A DNA stretch of 64,000 nt from positions 2,592,001 through 2,656,000 of the forward strand of contig OY764265.1 in the NCBI GenBank assembly GCA_963668355.1, written 5' to 3'. Position 1 is the first letter of the stretch. Every line of letters starts with the position of its first letter. The position numbers and the translations under genes are program-made. This document shows, in pieces, positions 1 to 8,811 of the stretch. The notes under the pieces were generated by a model. The model had not been told where the DNA came from. It did not search any database and was given only the letters and a program-made list of their open reading frames with translations. Source of the stretch: Bdellovibrionota bacterium. GTDB taxonomy: Bacteria; Bdellovibrionota_G; JALEGL01; DATDPG01.

Positions 1-414
1 CCATATGCGATTTATTCCAAATTGGATTTTGATGTGCCGGTTGGAAAAGGAATTGCTGGAACCACGGGAGATAATTATGACCGGTTTGTCATTCGCTTGG
101 ATGAACTGAAGGAGTCGACCAAGATGGTTCGTCAATGTCTAAGAGAAATCCCTGACGGGCCCATTATGGCAAAGGTTCCCAAAATGATTAAGCCCCCGAA
201 AGGTGAGTCTTATGGTGCCGTGGAATCTGCACGAGGAGAGCTTGGCTATTTTGTGGTCTCGGACGGTACGAAGATTCCGTACCGAATCAAAATTCGAAGC
301 GGAAGTTTTTCATCTATGGGAATCATTGAAAAAATTTCACGGGGAATTTTTATGGCCGACTTGGTGGCGTTAATTGCAAGTTTAGATGTCGTTGCACCGG
401 AGATTGACCGATGA
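1..414 (+). CDS. nuoD: NADH-quinone oxidoreductase subunit D, C-terminal part (5' truncated by window edge)
   Basis: Frame is open from base 1. Motifs [15 protein letters not shown] and [19 protein letters not shown] match the NuoD C-terminus. Confidence 0.93.
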   Translation, partial: PYAIYSKLDFDVPVGKGIAGTTGDNYDRFVIRLDELKESTKMVRQCLREIPDGPIMAKVPKMIKPPKGESYGAVESARGELGYFVVSDGTKIPYRIKIRSGSFSSMGIIEKISRGIFMADLVALIASLDVVAPEIDR

Positions 415-1709
415 GTCCAATTGAATTGCTCGTTCAGAAGATTTTCGAAAACATTGAGTCTGGTGTTTTGCCGGCTTGGATGGGGCAAATTTCGGCGGAT
501 GTTTATTTGCTCATTTTTATGGTTCTGGCTGCGGTTCTTCTCCTTGGGTTGGTGATTTTGCCTTTGTCGGGTTTTTCGACTTATGTCGAACGTCGCGTGG
601 CCGGGAGAATGCAAGCTCGAATCGGATGCGATCGAGTTGGACCGGAAGGGGTGCTCCAATTCATGGCCGACGGGTTAAAGCTCGTGACCAAGGAAGACTC
701 CATCCCGGAAGGCGCTGATCGTTTTCTGTTTCGATTGGCTCCCTACTTGGTGGTCATGGGCGCGTTCATGAGTTTTGTGACGATCCCTTTCGGAAAGGTT
801 TTTGTTGTGGCCGACTTAAACATTGGCCTGGTTTTTCTGTTGGCGGTTTCCTCCTTGGTTGTGGTGGGAATCCTCCTGGCGGGATGGTCATCCAACAACA
901 AGTGGTCTTTGCTTGGGGCCATGCGCTCGGCGTCTCAAATCGTCTCTTATGAAATTCCCTTGGCCCTTGCGCTCTTGGTTCCGGTTCTTCTGGTCGGTAG
1001 CCTCAGTCTGCAAGATCTCAATTTGGCTCAAGCGGGTGGGGCGCGCAATTGGATCGTTTTTGCGGCTTTTCCGGCTCCGTTGATTGCGATGGTGGTTTAT
1101 TTCATTGCGGCACTCGCGGAGGTCAATCGTACGCCTTTTGACTTGCCCGAAGCGGAGTCTGAATTGGTTTCGGGATTTGCCACGGAATACAGTGGGATGC
1201 GTTGGGGACTCTTCTTCGTAGGGGAATACGCGAACATGATTCTGGTAAGCGCCATCACCGTGACGGCGTTTTTAGGTGGATGGCAGCCTTCCAAAGTAAA
1301 CATTTTCTTTTCTTCTGGCGCCTTGTTCTTTGCCTTCTTGTTTCTGTTTAAAACGCTTACCTATGCAAAAACGCTGTTGAAAGAGCTTCTTTCTGGAAAA
1401 AACATTTTCGTTTTGATCTCAAAAGTTCGTGCGGCAAAAGTTCCTAGAGGGGGCTTTTGGTTCTTGGCCATCATTTCCGTTTTGGGTGGGGCTCTTCTTC
1501 ATTTGATCGCGGACTTTTGGTTGGTGGCCTTTGGAATCTTTTTGGCGAAGGTCTATTTCTTTGTTTTGGTGATGGTCTGGTTGCGGTGGACCTTGCCCCG
1601 AATTCGCGTAGACCAACTCATGAGTCTTTGCTGGAAGAAACTCGTTCCCATTGCCTTCTTCTGCGTATTTTGGACCGCTGTTGCGATTTTGGTATCGGGA
1701 GGTGCATGA
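411..1709 (+). CDS. nuoH: NADH-quinone oxidoreductase subunit H (extended, 432 aa)
   Basis: [62 protein letters not shown] overlap with nuoD. Confidence 0.96.
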   Translation: MSPIELLVQKIFENIESGVLPAWMGQISADVYLLIFMVLAAVLLLGLVILPLSGFSTYVERRVAGRMQARIGCDRVGPEGVLQFMADGLKLVTKEDSIPEGADRFLFRLAPYLVVMGAFMSFVTIPFGKVFVVADLNIGLVFLLAVSSLVVVGILLAGWSSNNKWSLLGAMRSASQIVSYEIPLALALLVPVLLVGSLSLQDLNLAQAGGARNWIVFAAFPAPLIAMVVYFIAALAEVNRTPFDLPEAESELVSGFATEYSGMRWGLFFVGEYANMILVSAITVTAFLGGWQPSKVNIFFSSGALFFAFLFLFKTLTYAKTLLKELLSGKNIFVLISKVRAAKVPRGGFWFLAIISVLGGALLHLIADFWLVAFGIFLAKVYFFVLVMVWLRWTLPRIRVDQLMSLCWKKLVPIAFFCVFWTAVAILVSGGA

Positions 1710-2233
1710 TGAAAGCCTTCGTTCAATGGTTTCGAGATATTTATGAGGGGTTATCGACGACCTTCAAAGGGATGGCGATCACGTTTCGACATCTTTTCCG
1801 GAAGCCTGTGACGGTGGAATATCCCGAGGTGGATGTGCAATCTCAACTTCCGGAACGTTATCGAGGGATTCTCCATGTAGATATGGAAGTCTGTATTTCC
1901 TGCCACTTATGTTCTACCGCATGTCCCATCGATTGCATCGCCATTGATGATGTCAAGGGTGACAAGACCTCGGTTATTTCTCGAACGACGGGAAAACTCA
2001 CGACCAAGGTGAAATATCCCAAGAGTTTTTTGATTGATATTTCCAAATGTATGTTTTGTGGCCTTTGTGTGGACCCGTGTCCTACGGGTGCCATTCATCA
2101 CACCAACAAATTTGAGGGGTCGGTTACGGATATGAAGCAGCTTGTTTATGAGTACGTTCGACCGGAGGACATTGAATTGGCAGAAGAGCAAGTGAAGAAA
2201 TTGGAAGAAAAGTTAGCGGAGAAGGCCAAATGA
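1706..2233 (+). CDS. nuoI: NADH-quinone oxidoreductase subunit I (2x[4Fe-4S])
   Basis: Two CxxCxxCxxxCP motifs and TVEYPE...PERYRG. Start placed at ATG 1706, overlapping the nuoH stop; the ORF-track start at 1457 is an in-frame extension. Confidence 0.95.
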   Translation: MMKAFVQWFRDIYEGLSTTFKGMAITFRHLFRKPVTVEYPEVDVQSQLPERYRGILHVDMEVCISCHLCSTACPIDCIAIDDVKGDKTSVISRTTGKLTTKVKYPKSFLIDISKCMFCGLCVDPCPTGAIHHTNKFEGSVTDMKQLVYEYVRPEDIELAEEQVKKLEEKLAEKAK

Positions 2234-2748
2234 CCGAGATTGCATATACTTTATCTTTTTCGATGCTGGCGGGGTTGACGGCGATTTCAGCGCTTTTGGT
2301 TCTTACCTTGAGAAATGTACTGCATAGTGCAGTGGCGTTGTTTTTTGCCCTGCTCGGAGTTGCTGGGCTTTATGTTTTATTGGGAGCCGATTTCTTGGCT
2401 GCGGTTCAACTTCTTATCTACGCAGGGGGAATTCTTGTCCTCATCATTTTTGGGGTTTTTCTCACCACGCGGGCGTATCAGGTTCAACTCAATTTTTCGG
2501 AAAGAAGTCTTTCCAAATTCTGGGGGGCGACGATTTCAATGGGAGTGTTTGCTCTCATGGCAGCAGGAATTCATTTCGTGGAATGGCCCATGGGAACTCC
2601 GAATTTCGAACCGACGGTAGCTTCCTTGGGAGATCTATTGCTTTCCAAGTATTTGCTTCCGTTTGAAATTGTCTCGGTCTTGCTTTTATTTGCGATGATC
2701 GGGGCCATCATTCTGGTTCGAAAAGAGTTTAAGGAGGAAGGACAATGA
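2230..2748 (+). CDS. nuoJ: NADH-quinone oxidoreductase subunit J
   Basis: AAVQLLIYAGGILVL and YLLPFEIVSVLLL motifs; operon position. Confidence 0.95.
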   Translation: MTEIAYTLSFSMLAGLTAISALLVLTLRNVLHSAVALFFALLGVAGLYVLLGADFLAAVQLLIYAGGILVLIIFGVFLTTRAYQVQLNFSERSLSKFWGATISMGVFALMAAGIHFVEWPMGTPNFEPTVASLGDLLLSKYLLPFEIVSVLLLFAMIGAIILVRKEFKEEGQ

Positions 2749-3065
2749 TTTCCTTAAAAGCTTTTCTCTATATGAGTGCGTTTCTTTTTTCGGTTGGTTT
2801 GGCGTGTATGTTGGTTCGGCGCAATATTGTCCAAATTTTGATGGGATTGGAACTCATCTTAAATGCGGCCGCGCTCAACTTTGCGGCGTTCAATCACTTT
2901 GGAGTCGGGGGAATGAGCCGAGTGGCTTTGGGCGGTCAAACGATGTCCATTTTCATCATCGTATTGGCTGCGGCTGAGGCTGCGGTGGCTTTGGCTCTGA
3001 TTCTTGCCATTGGCCGTTTGTATAAAAAGGTAGATGTGGACTCTCTCAAGGATTTGAAAGGCTGA
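2745..3065 (+). CDS. nuoK: NADH-quinone oxidoreductase subunit K
   Basis: RRNIVQILMGLELILNA and AAAEAAVALA motifs. Confidence 0.96.
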   Translation: MISLKAFLYMSAFLFSVGLACMLVRRNIVQILMGLELILNAAALNFAAFNHFGVGGMSRVALGGQTMSIFIIVLAAAEAAVALALILAIGRLYKKVDVDSLKDLKG

Positions 3066-3067
3066 TT

Positions 3068-5083
3068 ATGGAAACCAATACGCTTTGGCTCATTCCGGCG
3101 TTGCCCTTATTTTCGGCCGTCGTGATCCGTTTTTTTGGAAAATGGGCGCTGAATCGAAAGTCGGTTCATTTTTTGGCCTGTGCTTCCGTTTTGGCTTCGT
3201 TCATTTTGGCTCTTTTGGCCTTTTTTCAATTGAGCCATCATCCTCATGAAGGCCTTACTCAAGCCTTGTTCCCCTGGATTAAGGTCGGGACGTTTGAGGT
3301 TTGGCTCCGGTTTCATTTCGATTCCTTGTCTTCTGTTATGGCTTTGGTCGTCACGGGCGTGGGGTTTCTTATTCATGTGTATTCCACCGGATATATGTCC
3401 CATGAAGATGAGTACCCAAGGTACTTCTCGTTTTTGAATCTGTTCATGGGAATGATGCTCATCCTCGTGCTTGGAGACAGTCTTTTGCTCATGTTTGTGG
3501 GCTGGGAAGGCGTGGGCTTGTGTAGTTATTTCTTGATCGGCTTTTGGTTTGGGGACAACGCCAACGCCAACGCAGGAAAGAAAGCCTTTCTCGTTAATCG
3601 AATTGGCGACTTTGGTTTCCTTTTGGGGATTCTTGCTTTGTTTTGGACGCTTGGAACCGCCACAGGAATCTGGAGCGTTGATTTTTCGGTTTTAAAAGAA
3701 CATGTCGGCGTATTTGGCCAAGCGCAAATTTTTGGGGTTACGGTAGCCACATTGGCCACGCTTCTCTTATTCGTTGGTGCCACCGGAAAATCCGCCCAAA
3801 TCCCTCTATATGTGTGGCTTCCAGATGCGATGGCCGGTCCCACTCCAGTCTCGGCTCTAATTCATGCGGCGACGATGGTCACGGCCGGGGTTTATATGAT
3901 CGCCAGACTAAGTTTTCTCTTTGACCTAGCGCCCATAACCCTTGGCGTTGTGGCCACCGTGGGGGCGTTGACAGCATTTTTTGCGGCTACCATCGGATTG
4001 GTTCAAAACGACATCAAAAAAGTGTTGGCCTATTCAACGGTGAGTCAGTTGGGCTATATGTTTCTGGCTTGTGGGGTAGGGGCCTATGCAGCTGGGATCT
4101 TCCATCTCATGACCCATGCGTTCTTCAAGGCCTTGCTCTTTTTGGGTGCGGGGAGCGTGATTCACGCTTTGGATCATGAACAGGACATTCGGAAAATGGG
4201 GGGATTGAAAACCAAATTGCCCTGGACCTATATGACGTTTTTGGCCGCTACCGTGGCCATTGCCGGAATTCCTCCGTTCGCAGGCTTTTTCTCCAAAGAC
4301 ACCATTTTGTGGAATGTTTGGGCGTCACCTCATGGTTCTAAGTGGCTTTGGGTCATTGGCTTTGTGGCCGCTGGAATGACAGCCTTCTATATGTTCCGCC
4401 TGGTGTTTTTGACTTTCCATGGAGTGTCTCGGCTCGATGCCGAGGTAGATTCCAAGGTGCATGAGTCTCCCAAATCCATGTTGATCCCGTTAATGATTTT
4501 GGGCGGCTTATCCGTTGTCGGGGGTTGGCTTTGGTGGCCGGATTTTCTACCTCTGAGCCAGATGTTTCCTCATTGGTTGGAACATTCTGTCATGGTGCAC
4601 CATCCCCACGGGACCCATGCGGCTGAAATATCTCTGGCGTTAGCATCGGTGGGCATTGCGGTTGGGGGCATTTTGCTGGCACGCCATTTTTATTTGGTAA
4701 ATCCCGAAGTTCCCAACCAACTTCGGATGAAATTTCGACGTACGCATCGAATGCTCTTGGAAAAATATTGGGTGGACGAAATTTATCAAGCCACCGTCGT
4801 TCGGGCTGTCCTCATTCTGGCAGCACTATTGGCTTGGTTTGATCGTTATGTGATTGATGGCTTCATCCATTTCTTGGCTTGGTTGACTCGCATAACGGCT
4901 TTTGTAAAGGGGACGTTCGATCGTTTGGTTGTGGATGGTTTGGTCAATTTCATGGCTGCGCTTTCACAGTATTTTGGAAAACAAATTCGTAATCTTCAAA
5001 CCGGACATTTGCAAACATACTTGGGAACCATGGTTAGCGTTATGTTGGCGTTGTTCTTGGTTTGGACCTTTTTCTTAATTTAG
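3068..5083 (+). CDS. nuoL: NADH-quinone oxidoreductase subunit L
   Basis: GWEGVGLCSYFLIGFW, GKSAQIPLYVWLPDAMAGPTPVSALIHAATMV, THAFFKALLF. Confidence 0.97.
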   Translation: METNTLWLIPALPLFSAVVIRFFGKWALNRKSVHFLACASVLASFILALLAFFQLSHHPHEGLTQALFPWIKVGTFEVWLRFHFDSLSSVMALVVTGVGFLIHVYSTGYMSHEDEYPRYFSFLNLFMGMMLILVLGDSLLLMFVGWEGVGLCSYFLIGFWFGDNANANAGKKAFLVNRIGDFGFLLGILALFWTLGTATGIWSVDFSVLKEHVGVFGQAQIFGVTVATLATLLLFVGATGKSAQIPLYVWLPDAMAGPTPVSALIHAATMVTAGVYMIARLSFLFDLAPITLGVVATVGALTAFFAATIGLVQNDIKKVLAYSTVSQLGYMFLACGVGAYAAGIFHLMTHAFFKALLFLGAGSVIHALDHEQDIRKMGGLKTKLPWTYMTFLAATVAIAGIPPFAGFFSKDTILWNVWASPHGSKWLWVIGFVAAGMTAFYMFRLVFLTFHGVSRLDAEVDSKVHESPKSMLIPLMILGGLSVVGGWLWWPDFLPLSQMFPHWLEHSVMVHHPHGTHAAEISLALASVGIAVGGILLARHFYLVNPEVPNQLRMKFRRTHRMLLEKYWVDEIYQATVVRAVLILAALLAWFDRYVIDGFIHFLAWLTRITAFVKGTFDRLVVDGLVNFMAALSQYFGKQIRNLQTGHLQTYLGTMVSVMLALFLVWTFFLI

Positions 5084-5096
5084 GGAGAAATCAATC

Positions 5097-6650
5097 ATGC
5101 TGCACTCAAACCTTCTTTCTTGGATGATTTTCTTACCCCTTCTAGGGGGAGTCGTTCTCTTGCTTCTTCCGGAGAAGTGGACCCGACCCATCGCCGTAAT
5201 TTCAACTGGTTTGCCGGTTGCTTTGGCGGGGTATTTGTTTTCGGCGTTTGATCGAACAGAAGCGGGCATGCAATTCGTTGAGCATTACCTGTGGATTGAG
5301 CGATTCAATATCTTTTATTACCTTGGCACGGATGGCATCAGTGTCACCATGCTTCTTTTAACCGCGCTGCTTTCATTTTTATGCATTTTCGCTTCGTGGA
5401 ACATTTCCAAAGGGCGAAAAGCCTATTTTTTCCTCTTCTTATTATTGGAGACGGGAATGATGGGCGTTTTCTGCGCCTTGGATCTCGTTCTTTTCTACGT
5501 TTTCTGGGAAGTGATGTTGCTTCCGATGTATTTCTTGATTGGCATTTGGGGTGGTCCCCGCAAGGAATATGCGGCAATTAAATTCTTCCTCTATACTCTG
5601 TTGGGATCCGTCTTTATGTTGTTGGGTTTTCTGGCCTTATACTTCTACTCGGGCGCTCCAAACACCTTCGACATGGTGGAATTGGCCAATCGAAGCTCCG
5701 TATTTGGAGGAAATTCCTTGTTCATTTTGGGGTTGCCGTTTGCCAAAGTGGTCTTTTTGGCTTTGTTTTTTGGCTTTGCCGTCAAGGTTCCGATGTTTCC
5801 ATTTCACACGTGGTTGCCGGATGCCCACGTTGAGGCTCCAACCGCCGTGAGTGTGATTCTGGCCGGTGTTTTGTTGAAGATGGGCGTCTATGGAATTTTG
5901 CGTATTTGTTATCCAATTCTTCCCAAGGCCGCACTGTGGTTTGCACCTTTATTGGCCATATTTGCCATCATCAATATTGTCTACGGCGCTTTTTGCGCGA
6001 TGCACCAAAAGGACATCAAGAAGCTCGTTGCATATTCCTCGGTGAGTCATATGGGGTACTGCTTATTGGGACTGGCGGCGTTTACGTTCATTGGTTTCAA
6101 TGGAGCGCTTTTCCAAATGTTTACGCACGGAATGGCGACGGGGATGCTCTTTTTATTGGTGGGTGTCATTTATGACCGAGCTCATACCCGAGGAGTCGAG
6201 GACTTCGGAGGTTTAGCCCACAATATGAAGATTTTTACCTTAATTTCGACCGTGGCCTTTTTCGCTTCCATGGGCTTGCCGGGAATGGCCAACTTTGTCA
6301 GCGAAGTTTTGGTGTTGTTGGGGGCGTTTAATGCGGACACGGTTTTTGCGGGCCTTGGAAAAGGCACACTCATCTTTCAATCCGCGATCATTTTCAAAGT
6401 GGCAACCATCATTGCTGCCACAGGCATCGTATTAACTGCGGCCTATTTGTTGTGGACGATTCAACGGGTCTATTTGGGGCCGTTGAATGAAAAATGGAAA
6501 GATCTTCCGGATATGAATCTTCGGGAAATTTTCACGTTAGCGCCGTTGGCCATCTTAATTCTCTTTTTTGGGATTTATCCGGTTCCCATACTGGAGATGA
6601 TTGAGGGGTCATTGCAGGCCTTGAGTCGAACGATGTTGGCGGGGTGGTAA
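5097..6650 (+). CDS. nuoM: NADH-quinone oxidoreductase subunit M
   Basis: FYVFWEVMLLPMY, PFHTWLPDAHVEAPT, LVAYSSVSHMG; GGAG RBS upstream. Confidence 0.97.
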   Translation: MLHSNLLSWMIFLPLLGGVVLLLLPEKWTRPIAVISTGLPVALAGYLFSAFDRTEAGMQFVEHYLWIERFNIFYYLGTDGISVTMLLLTALLSFLCIFASWNISKGRKAYFFLFLLLETGMMGVFCALDLVLFYVFWEVMLLPMYFLIGIWGGPRKEYAAIKFFLYTLLGSVFMLLGFLALYFYSGAPNTFDMVELANRSSVFGGNSLFILGLPFAKVVFLALFFGFAVKVPMFPFHTWLPDAHVEAPTAVSVILAGVLLKMGVYGILRICYPILPKAALWFAPLLAIFAIINIVYGAFCAMHQKDIKKLVAYSSVSHMGYCLLGLAAFTFIGFNGALFQMFTHGMATGMLFLLVGVIYDRAHTRGVEDFGGLAHNMKIFTLISTVAFFASMGLPGMANFVSEVLVLLGAFNADTVFAGLGKGTLIFQSAIIFKVATIIAATGIVLTAAYLLWTIQRVYLGPLNEKWKDLPDMNLREIFTLAPLAILILFFGIYPVPILEMIEGSLQALSRTMLAGW

Positions 6651-6654
6651 GGAA

Positions 6655-8175
6655 ATGGAACACTGGATTCTTTCAAATCGGGCCAGTTTGCCCCTTTTTC
6701 TTCCGGAATTGATTTTGATTGCTGGAGCGATGGTTTCCATTCTTTTGGGGGCTTTTCGTGAAAATCCCAGGAAATTTTCCCTGGCTGTGGGCGGAGTGAC
6801 GCTTACCCTTTTCCTGGGAAGCGTGATTCATCTTTTTTCCGCATATGATCTAAACGAAGGCTTACCTGGTACGGGTCTGAGCTCCATGAGTCTGTTTTCG
6901 GAAATGATGGTTTTGGACTTTTTTGCACTTTTTTTTAAAGGATTTGCGGGTTGTTCATCTCTCATCCTTCTCTACTTTTTGGCCTCTTCAGCGGAATTAA
7001 AAAAAGACCGTTTGGCAGAAATGGTTTCTTTTCTGCTGGCCATTACGCTGGGTTTATCCCTCATGGCTGCAGCCAAGGATCTTCTCCTGATCTATTTGTC
7101 CATCGAGTTGGTTTCCATTCTTTCGTATGTTTTGGTGGGATTTCAACCCAAAAACCGTGTTTCGAGTGAGGCTGGATTGAAATACGTTCTGTATGGCGGT
7201 CTCGCAACGGGCTTCATGGTTTTTGCGTTCTCCATTCTCTATGGATTGGTGGGAAGTACCGATCTTGTTGAAATTGGAAAAAATGTAGCCTCAATGGGAA
7301 GCCATCCTTCAGGTGGCTTAATTCTTTTCGCTTTAATCGGAATCTTCGCGGGAATGGGATATAAAATTGCGGCGGTACCCACACATATGTGGTGTCCGGA
7401 TGTCTACCATGGAGCCCCTTTGCCAATTACGGCATTTCTCTCTGTGGCGCCCAAAGCCGCCGGGTTCGCACTCTTGATGCGTTTTCTGATTCTGTTCTTT
7501 GGGGTTTCCGATGAAGGAACGAGTCCCTTATTGGCCCAAATAAATTGGCCTCTTTGGTTGGCGATTATCTCGGCTTTGACCATGACCGTTGGAAATTTTG
7601 CAGCCTTACGTCAAACTAACCTGAAGAGGCTGATGGCTTACTCCTCCATTGCTCATGCAGGATACTTGTTGATGGGAGTTTGTACGTTCAATCAGGAAGG
7701 GCTAAGTGCTTTGCTCTTTTATTTGGTGACTTACTTTCTGATGAACTTTGGAGCGTTTTTGATCATTCAACTAGTTTCGAATCAGGAACAAACAGAAGAG
7801 TTGGAGGGGTATCGAGGTCTGGGTTGGAGGTCACCTTTCTTGGCCTGGACCTTTACCATTTTTCTTTTTTCTTTAGTGGGGCTTCCACCTTTTGCCGGTT
7901 TTTTGGGAAAACTCATTTTATTTGCGGCCGTCATTCATGAAGGATTGTATTGGCTTGCGATTGTTGCTGTTGTGAACACTGTCGTGTCTCTTTTTTATTA
8001 CGTTCGAATTGTTCGAACGATGTTTTTTGAAACACCTTTTCGTCAAGAAAAAATTCGGATCGGGGCAGGGGCTGCCGCGGTTGCGATGCTGCTGGCCGCT
8101 CCGACAGTGGCTCTAGTGGTCTATTGGGGGCCGATCCTGAAATTAGCTGAAATTTCAACATCTTCATTGTTCTAA
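6655..8175 (+). CDS. nuoN: NADH-quinone oxidoreductase subunit N
   Basis: SSEAGLKY, HMWCPDVYHGAP, KRLMAYSSIAHAGY, GLPPFAGFLGK. Confidence 0.96.
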   Translation: MEHWILSNRASLPLFLPELILIAGAMVSILLGAFRENPRKFSLAVGGVTLTLFLGSVIHLFSAYDLNEGLPGTGLSSMSLFSEMMVLDFFALFFKGFAGCSSLILLYFLASSAELKKDRLAEMVSFLLAITLGLSLMAAAKDLLLIYLSIELVSILSYVLVGFQPKNRVSSEAGLKYVLYGGLATGFMVFAFSILYGLVGSTDLVEIGKNVASMGSHPSGGLILFALIGIFAGMGYKIAAVPTHMWCPDVYHGAPLPITAFLSVAPKAAGFALLMRFLILFFGVSDEGTSPLLAQINWPLWLAIISALTMTVGNFAALRQTNLKRLMAYSSIAHAGYLLMGVCTFNQEGLSALLFYLVTYFLMNFGAFLIIQLVSNQEQTEELEGYRGLGWRSPFLAWTFTIFLFSLVGLPPFAGFLGKLILFAAVIHEGLYWLAIVAVVNTVVSLFYYVRIVRTMFFETPFRQEKIRIGAGAAAVAMLLAAPTVALVVYWGPILKLAEISTSSLF

Positions 8176-8206
8176 AAAAAAGGGCACCCGATTGAGTGCC
8201 CTTTTT
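8174..8206. terminator. Bidirectional intrinsic terminator between the convergent nuoN and H1-like genes
   Basis: AAAAAGGGCAC-ccgattga-GTGCCCTTTTT hairpin with an A-tract and a T-tract on either side. Confidence 0.85.
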
Positions 8207-8225
8207 AATTGCTTTAGAAGAAAGC

Positions 8226-8501
8226 TTATTTTTTCTTTGCTCTTTTCTTCGTAGCTTTTTTCTTCGTAGCTTTCTTTTTCTTTGCTGGTTTTTTCTTAGC
8301 TACTTTTTTCTTTGCAGCTTTCTTTTTCTTAGCTGGTTTTTTCTTAGCTACTTTTTTCTTCTTTGCAGCTTTTTTCTTTTTCTTAGCTGGTTTTTTCTTA
8401 GCTACTTTTTTCTTCTTCGTAGCTTTTTTCTTTTTTACTACTTTTCTTTTCTTAGCTACTTTTTTTGCTTTCTTCTTCGTAGCTTTCTTTTTCTTCGCCA
8501 T
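8226..8501 (-). CDS. Histone H1-like / Hc-like lysine-rich basic protein (91 aa)
   Basis: 57 of 91 residues are Lys, with repeated VAKKKPAKKKK units; AAGGGAG RBS before the ATG; its own promoter and terminator. Confidence 0.85.
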   Translation of the reverse strand: MAKKKKATKKKAKKVAKKRKVVKKKKATKKKKVAKKKPAKKKKKAAKKKKVAKKKPAKKKKAAKKKVAKKKPAKKKKATKKKATKKRAKKK

Positions 8502-8552
8502 TTTTTTTCTCCCTTGTTTAACAAGATAGAAGATTCGTCGAGTTATAGAAAA

Positions 8553-8581
8553 ATTATAGAAAAATTTTTTTTTCTTTACAA
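8553..8581 (-). promoter_or_regulatory. Sigma70-type promoter of the H1-like gene
   Basis: On the minus strand: TTGTAA-17 bp-TATAAT. Confidence 0.7.
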
Positions 8582-8742
8582 CAAATATTCGTCTTTCATT
8601 TCGAAGACCTACATTTGGGTCAACAAGAAAATGAATCGAATCTAAAAAAAACAGGAAGATTCAAAAGCAAAACCGTTTTTTTTGAACCCTGAAAAAGAGA
8701 TGAAAGAAAGGGAGATCGCCATTGGGGAGGGTTGGCGGGAAC

Positions 8743-8771
8743 TTGTTCCTTTTGTAAAATTTCTTTATAAT
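8743..8771 (+). promoter_or_regulatory. Sigma70-type promoter of the 8812 gene cluster
   Basis: TTGTTC-17 bp-TATAAT, 40 bp before the ATG. Confidence 0.6.
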
Positions 8772-8811
8772 AACAAGCAGTTCGCTTTCGAATGCAGAAA
8801 CCAAATCTAAC

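Noticed and set aside
8196..8645. 149-aa Phe/Leu-rich ORF on the plus strand
   Set aside because: It is the antisense shadow of the poly-Lys gene, starts inside the terminator and has no RBS.
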